64,000 bases of DNA from assembly GCA_951406725.2 (NCBI GenBank), contig OX597830.1:13702001-13766000 (forward strand). The letters run 5' to 3'. Positions 1 to 13,048 of this stretch are shown in pieces. Numbering within the stretch: position 1 is the first letter of the stretch; each line of letters starts with the position of its first letter. Source of the stretch: Octopus vulgaris. Lineage: Eukaryota. The translations under genes and the position numbers were made by a program. The notes beneath the pieces are model-generated. The model saw only the letters and a program-made list of their open reading frames with translations. It was not told where the DNA came from and made no database searches.

Positions 1-286
1 AAGGACGTCAAAATTATTCTAGCAGACAAGCTTACAATAGAGTAAGAGAAAGAAAAAAAAAATAATGTTATTCACAATGAAATGGATCTGTTATGTAAAC
101 AGATACCTAAAAAAAAAAAAAATATCTTTTCAGATGATACATAGACGCACATTTTGATGTACTCATAGCTGCTGTATGATCCGGGGTTCGATTGCACTGC
201 GCCTTCAGCAAGTGTATTTTATTTTAGTTTCCTCATGACGGAAGGTTTTCATATTCAGAATTGCGGGATCCTGTCGTGACTGTTAA

Positions 287-308
287 TGTGTGTGTATGTG
301 TGTGTGTC

Positions 309-340
<32 letters not shown>

Positions 341-468
341 TGTATGTATGTATGTATGTATGTATGTATGTATGTATGTATGTATGTATGTATGTTTGTA
401 TGTATGTATGTATATATATATATATATGTGTGTATGAACGTGTGTGTATGTATGTGTGTGTATGTATG

Positions 469-500
<32 letters not shown>

Positions 501-508
501 TATATATA
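287..508. repeat. Compound microsatellite (TATG)n/(TG)n/(TA)n
   Basis: Directly visible; explains the MYVC/YI ORFs. Confidence 0.95.
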
Positions 509-1448
509 AGTCGTTCTGTCTGTCCGTGGGTATGTCTTCTAGGATATCGGGCATCCTCCATCCGATTGCGCTCAAATTTGATATATAGATATCGAAGGTA
601 TCAGGGCGTGTATAAGTCTTGAAAAAATTTCAAAAATTGATTCTAGGTGAGAATGCGATCGATAAAGCCGTGGGAACGTGCATTTGTACGCGCAAGTACA
701 TCAGCTGTTGCGGTCGATACTACGCAAACACGAAAAAAATGCACGTGCAGTTTGCGTAAAAAAAGCCGGCTGGCTTGAAACAATGCCACATAATGCAGTA
801 TATTTAAGAGACCAAAAATGTAAGATGCAAAAAATATATTTTCATCGAACTTGGCCGGAAGGAAGGAAAGATTATTTGGTTTCTCAAGAAGTTTTTTTTT
901 TTTTGCTTAAACTTCGTTTAACAAAACCAAAAGTTTTATTGAAAAAAAGGCATGCTTAATTATTTTTTAATGAAAAGAAAACACTGATTGCTTTTTATTC
1001 AAGGAAGAAAATACTATTTTCTTGCTAATAAATGATTTACCATGTTTGTGTTCTCCCAGTCAACAGCCTTATCATTACTGGAACTTTAAAATCTCCGGTT
1101 GCATATTTGTGTGAATAAAATCGTTTTTCTTTGGAATAGAAAAAAAGTCTATCTTTATTTCTTCTTTTGCTGATGTCTGAAATTTAGGTTAAATCAGTGT
1201 CTCTCAAAGGGGAGGCTTATGGGACGGCCGGACAAGTTGTTTTGAGAAAATTTGGTTTAAATCTTTGACAACTCAGCACGAAAGTATTACGAGACGATAC
1301 ACTAGCACCCTAAACACTAACATCATAACACTGGACCCTTTTTGCGTACATCTTCTGGCTGTTTATCTTTGGATTTCAAATCCCAACCAAAACAACTTTT
1401 CATTTCATCTCTCGAAGGTCAATAATATATAAAGCGTAACAGTCAAGT

Positions 1449-1740
1449 GTGAAGGCACATGGCTCAGTGGTTAGAGCATCGGGATCACAATCATGAGGTA
1501 GTGAGTTCGATTCCGGGACTGGGCTGTGTGTTGTGTTCTTGAGCAAGATACTTTATTTCACGTTGTTCCAGTTCCCTCAGCTGTAGAAATGAGTTGCGAC
1601 GTCACAGGTGCCAAGCTGTATCGGCCTCTTTGCCTTTCCCTTGGATAACATCGGTGGAGTGGGGAGGATGGTGTACACGGACGACTGCTGGACTTCCATA
1701 AACAACCGTGCCTCGGAGGGGAACTTTCTCTTTCACCCTT
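1449..1740 (+). mobile_element. tRNA-headed SINE (family D) nested in an older decayed SINE
   Basis: A-box-like TGGCTCAGTGG, B-box-like GAGTTCGATTCC, 12-bp TSD TAACAGTCAAGT at 1437-1448 and 1741-1752; a related copy lies at ~53850-54196 (-). Confidence 0.85.
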
Positions 1741-1902
1741 TAACAGTCAAGTACCAAGGCTGATACAATCGACTATTCTCTCCAGCCAAATTTCTTATCT
1801 GGTTCCTGAAGAATAAATCATAGATTTGGATAACTTCTCGGGTATAATGTAAAGGAGAACCATATCATATTTTTCGGCTGATATAAACGTTTTCCTGTAG
1901 CG

Positions 1903-4511
1903 CAGTGGTTCTCAAACTTCTTTTCCTCTCTGGCCCATATTTTGTGTCCGAAAAAATCCCAGGCCCGCATATTGAAATCCGAAATTTCTACTGGAAAAAT
2001 ATATCTGTTTAAAAATCTTGTAGAAAATAGAGGAGTATGTTTAATGACAACAATGTTCTCGGTGTCTTGCTATCAGCTTGTCCGACTCAACTTCCAAATC
2101 TTGGTTCAATTTCAGGCGTAAATCGCCTCTCTTTGCAATGTGCAAAACATTTCGCTTATTTGTCAGCACAACATTTGCAGCAGAAATTCTCGACTTAACC
2201 AGCCTGGTGATAGGAAACTATAGTAGGAATAGAACATCCTTTTCAAAGGAGCAAGGGATGAGAGGTTTTTACTTCAAACCATTCCATCAATCTTTCGTTT
2301 TCAGTCTTTTCCATTAATAGATTGTTTTCTTTCAATTTCAGATGGCATCAATGTCTTGCTCGCTTAAGACATCAAAATTAGCAATGTCGGTAATCCACTA
2401 GGGCGAATTGGTTTTGATGATATCTTTAAATGTCCTATTCATATCCTCTTTTGAGCTCTGCAAGTGGTTCGTATAGCTTGCAATGATTTCTGGACTGGGA
2501 CAAGTTTTGGCCAAATTGCAGAAGACGGCAAACTCATTCGTATGTAGATGTAAACTTCCAGAGGCTTGATTTATTCATAAAAGCGAGTACTTACTCAATA
2601 CAGTCCATAACAATGGAATTTCGTCCTTGCAATGTCTTGTTGGGATGATTGACATGCGCAAACAATTTCATCACTGAATACAAGCTCTTGGCTTTATCTT
2701 TCTGTTTCTTAGTGGGAGCCTGTGTTTCCATGCGATGAGCAAAGGTAAGAACCATATTCCATATTTCAGCTAGACGATCAAGATAATTTTTTTTTCTTGG
2801 AAGACCACAGCATTTCAGTGTGTTTGGGAAGTGTCCGGTGATTCCTCTTTTTCGCATAATTGCTGAAATATTCTGTCATGCAAAACGTTGGCTTGGAGAA
2901 AATTCACTTCTGAAATAGCAACTTGCAATGCTGTTTCCATAAAACCATTGAGAGATTTAGCAGCAAGATGTTCTCGATGAATAATCTAATGAATGAATAA
3001 TATGCAAGAGGTGTCTTCTTTTAATTTTGCAAAGAGTCCACTGTGTTTGAGATCTGCAGCAGATTTGCCAAACTGATTTTATTCTCTTGCTGGGAACTGC
3101 ATACAGCCGAAAACATAGTATCGGTTCGTGTATTCGGCAACTTCTACATGAAATAACATTTTTTCAAGAATTTTTAATCCATCGGTGTACTGAACGTAAA
3201 TCAATAATGAAGCGGAGTTCTTAATTGTTGCCTCATCAATTTGAAATGAGAACTTTGAAACTTTTAGCCTTACTACCAGCTGTTCTTCAAGATTTTTGCC
3301 ATTTCATCCTGCCAACTTCTGACAGTATCATTCGACGAATGGATATTCTGTGAAATGTTCGCAATCTCTTGTCCTAGCAGTTCCTTTGTATACATGACCA
3401 TTGCTGGTTTCACCAGTCATTCTCAAATTCTGTGAGGCTTACCAACTTTAGCAACCAATTCACTTACAGTATAGATGGCTCTAAGTATCTTCGAATTGTG
3501 CTCATTTGCTCTTTCCATATATGATTGAAGCGGTTTAGGTTCATTGTTCTTTTGTAATTTTGGTTTCTTCTCAAAATAACTACGCTCTTTGCCTACGGAA
3601 CCAGGTTGCCTCTGTTGCTGATGTGCTTGTAACTTTGATTTTTGTATAGAATCATTCGTCATTATCAATACACAATCTACACACTGAGACTTTTCAGAAT
3701 CATCATTTGATGGCAAAACCCCAAGTAATAAAGCATCTTGCAGGTAATTGCGTGTAATCTTCCTTTTGTCTGAATTTCTTGTGGTCATTGAGGAAAATCG
3801 AAGGGTACTAAAATTAGAATAAAAATCCAAAAACGCCTGAAGGAAGGAAGGAGATCTTTGTCACATGTTTAAATAATAAAACGTTAACTTTTAAACCAGA
3901 TATTGTGTTTAAATAACAAAACTTTAATAAATCATTAATATCTAACTGTACAAACGTTGATTAAGTGTGCTAACAGCATTCAGATGAATGAGTCATTTTA
4001 AAACCCTCAATATAATTTTTCTTAATGGATCTTGTAAAATTGTAACTCATCACCTTACATTTAATATACCAAAATTGCTGGTCTCAAATTCAAAAGGCAA
4101 AAATAAGGTAAACAGATTTTGAGCAGAATACTGCGTTTTTTTACAAGTTTCAGCAACGTTCTCAGGTGCTGTAAAAGATCGATCAATCAGCGCCCAATCA
4201 ATAATCTACGAAGCGAGACATCATTCAACTCAAATCAGCCGACAGAGTGCGCATGTATAGGAGTATAGAGGCGTACTGACGTCAGTACGCCTATAACTGC
4301 ATACTCCGTGAATATGAATGTGTTAGACTAGTATACCTTTAGAAAATAGTTACTGCTTTTATAAGTTGATGCCAGTGCACTGGCGTAAAATTTATATTAC
4401 AGTAGAGAAAACAGGAATTTTAAAGGTAGCATTTGGTGGTGGTGGGCACTTCCAGGCCCACTTAAAATTTTCCTTGGTCCACTCATGGGCCTCACTATTT
4501 AAGAACCACTG
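1903..4511 (-). mobile_element. hAT DNA transposon, Buster/Charlie type, near full length, decayed
   Basis: TIRs CAGTGGTTCTCAAA ... TTTAAGAACCACTG; 8-bp flanks CTGTAGCG/CTATAGAG (6/8 match, central TA as in Buster targets); internal transposase remnant. Confidence 0.9.
2010..3790 (-). pseudogene. ZBED5/Buster-like hAT transposase pseudogene
   Basis: Minus-strand motifs QCVDC..TNDSIQKSKLQAH, YTVSELVAKVGKPH, FQIDEAT and IIHREHLAAKS (decayed CxxH), broken by stops and frameshifts. Confidence 0.85.
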
Positions 4512-4719
4512 CTATAGAGTAAATTATATCGCCTTTTCTCAGAAAATACTATAATTAAATTCAGAAGCGTATACCACTATACGCACGCACACATAACTTA
4601 ATATTTGTAGGAGCATGGTGAGCGAGTTTAGCCGTGTGGTTACTTCCTGTTTTTACGTCAGACTTTCGATGTAAAACTTGCAGCCAATGGCGCATTCTCT
4701 CCCGCTCCTTGAAGGGTCA

Positions 4720-5172
4720 TGAGCTGGCAGAATCGTTAGCACGCTGGGTAAAATGCTTAGCAGCATTACCTTCGTCTTTACGTTCTGAGTTCAAATTCCG
4801 CTGAGGTCGACTTCGCTTTTCATTCTTTCCGGGTCGATAAAATAAGTACCAATTGAACAATGAGATCAATGTAATCGACTTACTCGCTTCCTAAAATTGC
4901 TGGTCTTCCGCCAACATTCGAATTCAATATATTGTATAAAGGCGGCGAGCTGGCAGAAACGTTAGCACGCCGGGCGAAATGCTTTGTGGTATTTCGTCTG
5001 TCGTTACGTTCTGAGTTCAAATTCCGCCGAGGTCGACTTTGCCTTTCATCCTTCCGGGGTCGATAAATAAAGTACCAGTTTCGCACTGGGGTCGATGTAA
5101 TCGGCTTAATCCGTTTGTCTGTCCTTGTTTGTCCCCTCTATGTTTAGCCCCTTGTGGGTAATAGAGAAATAT
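4720..5172 (+). mobile_element. Two tandem tRNA-headed SINEs (family A)
   Basis: Head GGCGAGCTGGCAGAA, B-box-like GAGTTCAAATTCC, central GTCGACTTTGCCTTTCATCCTT..GGGGTCGATAAA..AAGTACC; tail TTAGCCCCTTGTGGG..GAAATA on the second copy. Confidence 0.9.
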
Positions 5173-6201
5173 ATATTGTACGGACATTCGCATTGAATCA
5201 GCATTTAAATTAAGTTTTTCTTTATAACGGTATATTTACGAAGATCTCCATCTGAGTACGACGCTTGTCTAATGTAGGGAGTTTCTCGCTGGATACTTTA
5301 ACTACGTTTCTGCTTTACAGTACTGTCAATACTTATGTATCAGTCATCAACTTAATACTCTAACATTATCTGTCTGTCTGTCTGTCTTTCTCTCTCACAC
5401 ACATAAATTCAAATACTTTTATATCCTTCTAATGTGTACATTTTTGTATACAAATGCCTGAAAAGTTTTATTTTTCTAAATATTTATATATACACTTTGC
5501 GTATTTACTTTGTTGTTCTGTGAGTAGGCATATATGTCCTTCAGTGTGTATATGTACATATGAGAGTGCATCTAAATATAAGCTATCTAAACCTAGAAAG
5601 AGAGTGTAGGGATAGTTAGATGGCAATTAGTTTTTCTCCGTTTGCGTATGAAATTTTGTAAGTGTTCACTTACATATGTGTGAATGTGTGTTATGATAGA
5701 GAATTTGGAAGAGCAAGAGAATGGGAAGAACAATTTAATAAAGGATGAAATTCGAGCCAGTCAGACGCAAAATTGCTTCTGTGATGTCGTACTATATCTA
5801 AGTAGAAGTTGATAAATTAATTCTCAAATATAACTTGCTAAAGCATTAAAGCGTAAAACTGAAATCAATAACTTTGAAAACTTTCACTAAGCTTTCGTGA
5901 CATATAACTGTGGATTTCGTTTAATTTTAGGAGAAAGAGAGAGAGAGTGAGAGATAAGGGAGAGATGAAAAAAAAAACGAAGTAAAAAAAAAAAAGAAAG
6001 AAAAATAAAGCGAAAGATTTGATAAAAAGCGAGTATTTCGAAATAGCTGTGATTTAGATAATTTGAGCAGTACTAGTTTGTAGAGCTGTTATGCCAAATG
6101 TTTGTAGGGTAATTTCCCGGATGTAGAATCAAAATAGAAGCTTATAAAGGAGTTGATTTATTTATTTATTTATTTGTTTATTTATTCATTTATTTATTAT
6201 T

Positions 6202-6605
6202 AAGGTGGTGAGTTGGCATAGTTTCGTTAGCACGCCGGGCGAAATTCCTAGCGGTATTTCGTCTGCCGCTACGTTCTGAGTTCAAATTCCGCCGAGGTCG
6301 ACTTTACCTTTGATCCTTTCGGGGTCGATTAAATAAGTACCAGTTATGCACTGGGGTCGATGTAATCGACTTAATCCGTTTGTCTGTCCTTGTTTGTCCC
6401 CTCTGTGTTTGACCCCTTGTGTGTAGTAAATAAATAGGTATTTCGTCTGTCTTTTACGTTTTGAATTCAAATTCCACCGAGGTTGACTTACTCCTTCATC
6501 CTTTCGAGGTCAATAAATTAAGTACCAGTTGCGTACTGGGGTCGATCTAATCGACTGACCCCCCTCCTCAATAATTTCGGGCCTTGTGCCTCGAGTAGAA
6601 AAGGA
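6202..6605 (+). mobile_element. SINE family A, young copy nested in an older copy
   Basis: A full unit is followed by a restart at GGTATTTCGTCTG (6437). Confidence 0.85.
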
Positions 6606-6727
6606 TTTATTTATTTATTTATCATCGAGTCGATACATTGCCGAACTCTCGAACTGGTTGTAAAAGACTCAACGCATGAATATTTCTTCTTTCTCTTCGC
6701 TACCCTTCTGCTTTCATGAGACATAGT

Positions 6728-6905
6728 CTATCTATCTATCTATCTATCTATCTATGAAGACGCTCCAAGACTGTTTCCACACGTTTCTCCCATTTATCTC
6801 AGTCTTCCATAGTGGTCCTTAGCTCCTGTGCCCCTTCCATACCAGTATCCTCCAGCAAGTTGTTGATATAGGTCGTCTTCTTCCTTCCTCTCCTGTGAGA
6901 GACAT
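6728..6905 (-). mobile_element. 5'-truncated non-LTR retrotransposon 3' end (RTE-like) with (TAGA)n tail
   Basis: Minus-strand RRGRKKTTYINNLLEDTG..ELRTTMED*DKW resembles RTE-type ORF C-termini; followed by a simple-repeat tail. Confidence 0.6.
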
Positions 6906-7309
6906 TAAAAATTTCAGGAAGAGAAACTGAAATTACAGGAACTTCGTCTTCATGAAATTTGGGTAGTGGTTTGCAGAGTTTCGGCATGTCCAGAGCGATT
7001 TCCAAGCGGAATTGCTTTTGCTGCTCCTCCAGCACCTTGGAGACGAATTTCGCCGACATGCTCCGCATGCACAAATCCTCTGTTAAAATGGAATCTACTG
7101 ATCTTACATTCGGTGACAACGAAAATCCGACGAGAATGCACTGCACATCTGTACTCTAGACGTAGCAGTAGTGAACTGATGCAGGGTACTGGCGCGAGAA
7201 TTTCTACGCAAGCGCAAGAAGGGTAGTGTCTTCTCTTACCCAAAGGATTCAGTATTGTTTTCGGCTGGATGAAAATAAACTTGGATACTTTTGAACGCAA
7301 CTCGTACAT
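6906..7309 (-). mobile_element. mariner transposon 5' remnant
   Basis: SILTEDLCMRSMSAKFVSKVLEEQQKQFRL matches the mariner HTH-linker region; terminus TACGAGTTGCGTTCAAAAGTATCC. Confidence 0.8.
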
Positions 7310-7435
7310 ATATATATATCGGCACTTGTATTTACTGCCGAAAAAACCGCGCGTGCGTGGTGGATTTTGAAAAGTTATAACATATAAACACGAGGCATGG
7401 TCTGTATCGCCTCGTGCCTATTTGTAAGCCTTGGC

Positions 7436-7523
7436 TTCCTGCTGAAGATGACAACGCCAATTGTAAATTAAAATCATTCTATTTATTTACAAAAGATTGC
7501 CGAAACTATGCATAGTTCAGGAA
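7436..7523 (+). ncRNA. Type I hammerhead ribozyme motif, intact core
   Basis: Stem I TTCCTG/CAGGAA; CTGAAGA+T; stem II GACAA/TTGCC (1 mismatch) extended by TTGTAAAT/ATTTACAA; GAAA; palindromic stem III ACTATGCATAGT; GUU site after 7517. Confidence 0.8.
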
Positions 7524-7655
7524 AGATAGGGTAAACGTTTTTACTTCTCATTCCCTTTCAGAATTTCAACTATTAGTGGTTTGGAGTTTAACTGCTCTTT
7601 CTAGTGAGTCAGATGTCCTATTATGGTCATCTCTTATGTGTTTAAATGTACACTG

Positions 7656-7700
<45 letters not shown>

Positions 7701-7703
<3 letters not shown>

Positions 7704-8197
7704 CTGAATAAAGTTTAAACATGGTCTGATTTTCACGGTTTTTGTTGTGGTATTTTAACAAAATTAGCGCTTCCATACATAGTGTATTCATCAGATTTTA
7801 AATGTCTTTTTGCTGCAGTTGAGTTCTTGACAGCCAGTGAGGTTGGAAGAAATATAAAATAAACACGGTTTATTAAAATGTTCAAACCTGTTCTGAACGG
7901 AAATAACCAGTTAAGGATGTGGATTAAAAAATATTTCTAATATATAAATATAAACAAATTACAATATATCGGTACGCCTGGCAAACCGTGATGTTTAAGA
8001 GCATGCGGACTGATGAAAAAAAGATATTCTAAAACTTCACCTGGTACTAAAGGTACTAAAGTTGTCAAAAACTCAACGTCAGTTAAACACATTTGAAATC
8101 TGACGAGTACACTATGTAATGAAAGCGCTGTTTTTGTTAAAAATACCATAATAAAAACCGTGAAAACCAGACTATGTTTTAACTTTATTCAACTAGT
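7701..8197. mobile_element. Foldback element with ~105-bp inverted arms, each carrying a minimal hammerhead motif (PLE pLTR-like)
   Basis: 7701-7806 is an inverted copy of 8090-8196; motifs at 7761-7798 (-) and 8096-8134 (+) have palindromic stem III AGCGCT; flanked by (TA)n. Confidence 0.75.
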
Positions 8198-8239
8198 ATA
8201 TTATTCTATACACATTCACACAAATTTAAAACGATATAT

Positions 8240-9390
8240 ATATACATATAACCCAAGATAACCCAGACTAAGACAACTTAGACCCCACACGCACACATAT
8301 AACACTAGGTCAAAAGCTAAAACAGCTAACATAAACGGACCATATAACGCCCCACTTATTTCTAAAAATATAGATAACAGTACCCTTATGCAACCAAAAA
8401 AGCGGTGGACACTCTATTCTATGGTATACACCCACCTTCTCATTAAACGTTAGGAACTTAGCTAAATCCTTTTTCAATATACTGGACACCAACTTCCCTC
8501 GTCAACATAAATATTACTCTATTTTTAATAGATCTACCTTAAAGCTATCCTACTCCTCCGCTTTGAGTGTATCATAAAAGCCTCTAATAAACGAAAAGCT
8601 TCTCTCTATTATCAAAACTTACACTTAACAACTCTGAATACACGAGCGCCTAACATACACATAGCTCCAATATCGAAACCCATTCTTTAGTCCACAACAG
8701 AAACCCTATCAATCCCACTAACACTAACCAGAATGCTACTACCACAACTTCCACCTCTATTACAGATAGGATAAATAACAAAAACGATAGAAATAGTAAT
8801 GATAATAGTAATAAAAATATTAACAACATAGACCAATCTACCCCCGTCTCTAACCTCTCTTCTGACAGTAGTACCCCTCCATTCCTGAGAATAATCCCCA
8901 CAATGCACTACCATACAGCATTCGTCCTGAGACCATCTTCCCTCTACAAACCCATTGTAGAAGGTCTAATGTAATTTATAAATGTACCGTCCTCAACACG
9001 TTACACAATTCTACAACCATATGTATAGGATCAACTATAACTTTTAAACAAGGATATGCTGCATATCTCAATTCTTTTAGATACAAAAACCCCTGTAAAT
9101 TCACAACACTCACCAGTCACATAGATCATCTCAAAAATAGAAATATTCCCTACATCTTGTCATGGCCCATAATAGATTCAGGGCTTCAATACCAAGGTCT
9201 AAACTACAACTCTTCAATAATACTAAATAAATATAAAGAGATCCTAGGTATATGCTTTTTCCATACCTTCAAATTTTACCACAAATCTAAATGCAACTTA
9301 AATTACTACACAGTACATATCCCGAACACCAGTTAGGTAATCCCCAACAACCCTATTTGACTCTCCATTAATTTAACTCTCCAATCTTAT
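8240..9390 (+). mobile_element. Penelope-like element remnant (post-RT linker and GIY-YIG endonuclease)
   Basis: ILWYTPTFSLNVRNLAKSFFNILDTNFPRQHKYYSIFNRSTLKLSYS matches the PLE WFNPP..IFNRNT.K.SYSC motif; downstream CRRSNVIYKCTV..GST.TFKQGY..SFRY. Confidence 0.8.
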
Positions 9391-9424
9391 TTTAATTGTT
9401 TAATACTACACATATGGGCATGCA

Positions 9425-9472
9425 TATGCGTTCGTATGCAGATATATATGCGTATGTATGTATGTATGTATG

Positions 9473-9508
<36 letters not shown>

Positions 9509-9640
9509 CACGTATGTGCGCGCGCGTATGTGTGTACGTGTGCATGTATACGTGTATACGTGCGCACGTGTGTGCGTATATGCATGTGTATGCATGCATG
9601 CGTATGTGTGTATATCTATGTGCGTGTATATGTATATATG
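9425..9640. repeat. RY-alternating compound microsatellite
   Basis: Directly visible. Confidence 0.9.
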
Positions 9641-10143
9641 TTATTTACGTAGATTATTTATAATTAATGCAGTTTGTGGACAATATATTGGAAGAATCGA
9701 TAGAGCGTTTGAGAAAATTCTCTGTGGGATTTGATTACATCCGAATTAAAATCTTTCCCGGATCCATTTTCTTGATATTTTCATGATCGATAAAATAAGT
9801 ATTGGATCGATATGAGCCAATATACTAGTTCTCTTTCAGATGCATCGTTAAGAAATAAATTAACAAAAGAAAAAAAAAAATTGATTTTTAAACTCTACGT
9901 GTAACGGTAAGTTTTCCTGAAATAAAAGGTAAAAGTTATGCTCAGAGCGAAATCATGCTTTGAATCAACGTAATGCAAATGTATCTCTAAGTTCTTAGTT
10001 CAGGATCACCTGTACTTTTTATCCCCCTTCAGTCAAAATAAATATATAAATAAATAAATAGATAAATAAATATATGGGTTCTATTCTCGAACATATATCT
10101 CCCCGAAGAATTTCTGTATCTACTAATATATCATATCAATATA

Positions 10144-10360
10144 AGGCGGCAAGCTAGCAGAATCGTTACAACGCTGGGTAAAATGCTTAGCGGCTCTTCG
10201 TCCGTGTTTACGTTCTGAGTTCAAGTTCCGCCGAGGTCGATTTTGCCTTTCATCCTTTCGCAGTCGATAAAATAAAAATGATAGTTGAACCCAGGGGCCA
10301 CTGTAATCGACTCAGCCCTTCTCTCGGAAATTGCTGGCCTTGCACCAACATTTGGAAATC
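10144..10360 (+). mobile_element. SINE family A, older copy
   Basis: Matches the family A head and central domain. Confidence 0.85.
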
Positions 10361-10752
10361 ATTATGTCATAGTAATGTAAAGAATCATTAGATGGAAGAA
10401 AGAACAATGAAAACGTAGTGTACAGGTTCCGAAAAGTCCAAAAAGTGAAATAGCTTTGTGACTTCCTCAAAGCAAAAGTACTTTCGTCTCAGAGGAAGGC
10501 CCCTACTCAGAACGCTTGCATTCTCTTTCAATGCGATTAGTAAAGACATGAAGTAGTTTCAACGGGCTACAGTGTCTCACAACATTGTTAAAAGGGATGA
10601 AAGTAAAATTAAGGAAAATAAGATATTCATACATAATGACAGTCGAAACATTACTCTTTATTTAATCTTTTTAAAAAATCTTTAAAAATGGTAAGATATA
10701 GAAAGCAAGTACTGTTCCTCATACAGATATAATATAGAGAGATGGTTGTAAG

Positions 10753-10775
10753 ACAGACAGATAGATAGATAGATT

Positions 10776-10809
<34 letters not shown>

Positions 10810-10812
10810 CAA

Positions 10813-10873
<61 letters not shown>

Positions 10874-10961
10874 CACATAGATAGATAGACAAATAGATAG
10901 ATAGATAGATATATAGATAGATAGATAGATTAATAGATTGATAGATAGATAGATAGATAGA

Positions 10962-11046
<85 letters not shown>
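10753..11046. repeat. (GATA)n microsatellite with (TA)n interruption
   Basis: Directly visible. Confidence 0.95.
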
Positions 11047-11461
11047 ACAAATGCGGAGAGTAAGCGGAAGAGGAATAAAGAGAGAGTGAGCGAAATTAAG
11101 AAACGTCTCTCCAATCTGTATGAACCGCTAATTTATTGATATGCTTATGGAGAAATTAAAATATTCAAACGGTGAAATATGAATATACGTAGTAGTTTCC
11201 TACTTCACTTTAAATTATCTGTCATTCTCATATACTTTTGACGTTAAAAATAAATGATAAATTATGGAAAGAGGGAAAAAAGGGAATGATAGATGTATTT
11301 TTCTCTAGGTGAAAAGATTGCATAAACAATAGATGTTATTGGTTAAACAAAGGAAAAAAAAGGGGCGAAATCTAGTCACATTTCTGCAAATGTTCTTGTC
11401 ATTGTATTAGGACGATGATACACAACAACTATCATATTTTACAAGGATTTATCATAATGTA

Positions 11462-11467
<6 letters not shown>

Positions 11468-11554
<87 letters not shown>

Positions 11555-11613
11555 ACACATACATACGCACACACACACACACACACATACACACACACAC
11601 ACACACACATACA

Positions 11614-11662
<49 letters not shown>

Positions 11663-11690
11663 ACACACACACACATACACACACATACAT

Positions 11691-11721
<31 letters not shown>

Positions 11722-11755
11722 GACACACATACACACACATACATACGCACGCATA
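11468..11755. repeat. (CA)n microsatellite
   Basis: Directly visible. Confidence 0.95.
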
Positions 11756-12147
11756 TATATGTATATATCGTTGTGTGCGTGTACATATATACGTGTGTGT
11801 GTCTGTACGTGTATATGTGGGTGTTTGAGAAAGTGTGTTAATGTTTGCAATGATGAGTATGTGGACGCACGCTTCTAGTGTTTGTGTGTATATATTCGAT
11901 TGCATATATATAGATCTATGCAGATTAAAGAAAGCGAAAGCGGGAAAGGTGTACAGTGAGACTAAATGAATAATAGAGAAGGCTTAGTAAATGTTAAGAG
12001 GGTAAATGATAAAGTGATATAAAGATTAGAAAGGAGATTTTATGGAAAATATACTCATACACACTCACACACGCACCCACCCACACACGTATGTTTGTAT
12101 GCATGTTTGTATGTATGTATGTAGATATGTATGTATGTATGTATATA

Positions 12148-12606
12148 TCGAGTTGCACATGAGAAAGTAAGGAGGGATGTCAGGAAGGGCATCGCTGTTA
12201 CACTTCCAGATGGGAAGGGTCTTCCTATGATGCTGACATGCAGTGTCTGTGCAAGACCCCGCCTCAGTAAAGCTGGACTCAAGAGTCATCTTCGTAGTCA
12301 TAAAGCGAGACAGATGAGTGACAATCTGGCCACTGGTGGTGGTATTACACACCACACTAATCATATCTGTCGGGCATGTGGAAGAGAGTGTAATTCGGCA
12401 GGAGGACTTAAACGACATGCAAAGGTACATGAAGCCCAGTTACAACTACAGCTGGCTATTACCGGTAAAGGTTTTAGTTGCCAATTCTGTACAAGACATT
12501 GTAGATCTTTGGCTGGGCTAAAAAGTCACATTCGATCACAGCACCAGTAACAGTTAAGCTTCGTGCAATGGCCATACTCGATAACGAGGGGGCAGCCATA
12601 ATAATA
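12148..12606 (+). mobile_element. 5'-truncated RTE-type LINE 3' end encoding three C2H2 zinc fingers, plus 3' UTR
   Basis: Open frame to TAA at 12550 with CSVC..SHLRSH, CRAC..RHAKVH and CQFC..SHIRSQH; short 3' UTR shared with 14922-14969; embedded in (TATG)n. Confidence 0.75.
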
Positions 12607-12699
12607 TATGTATGCATGCATGCATGTATGTATGTATGTATGTATGTATGTATGTATGTATGTATGTATGTATGTATGTATGTATGTATGCATGTACGG

Positions 12700-12936
12700 C
12701 ATTATTCAGCATTATTCAGTTTTATTTCAAGATTTCTTGCCAATAGAGAAAGAGCCAGTTTCTAACCTAGATCCAAGGCTCTTTCATTGGAATTTTAACA
12801 TCAACAGCATAGTATTTTTGTTTGTATGTATGTATGTATGTATGAATGATTGTATATATGCAGATTTGTATATTTTGTTTTATGTATGCATTCTCATGCA
12901 TATAGTTGCATATCTAGACATGCTCGTATCTATATA
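12700..12936. repeat. Interspersed repeat of unknown class, copy 1
   Basis: Aligns by eye with 13897-14108 (ATTTCTTGCCAATAGAGAAAGA..CCAAGGCTC..TCATTGGAATTT..GCATATCTAGACA). Confidence 0.8.
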
Positions 12937-13004
12937 AATGATAAACTTTTTGAAAGTTTTGCAGATTTTTACAGTTCCAGTGTTGGATTGGATCTGCCTT
13001 CTGC

Positions 13005-13048
<44 letters not shown>

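Noticed and set aside
599-960. Possible Tc1/mariner end (TATCAGGGCGTGTATAAGTC) and 93-aa ORF
   Set aside because: No partner TIR or recognisable transposase motif found.
1455-1525. tRNA-like sequences at SINE heads (also 37250-37322 and 57100-57170)
   Set aside because: They continue into SINE bodies with TSDs, so they are not tRNA genes.
12737-12792. Possible hammerhead on the minus strand (ATGAAAG-AGCCT..AGGTT-AGAAACTGGCTC)
   Set aside because: The core deviates at too many positions to call; worth rechecking on the family consensus.
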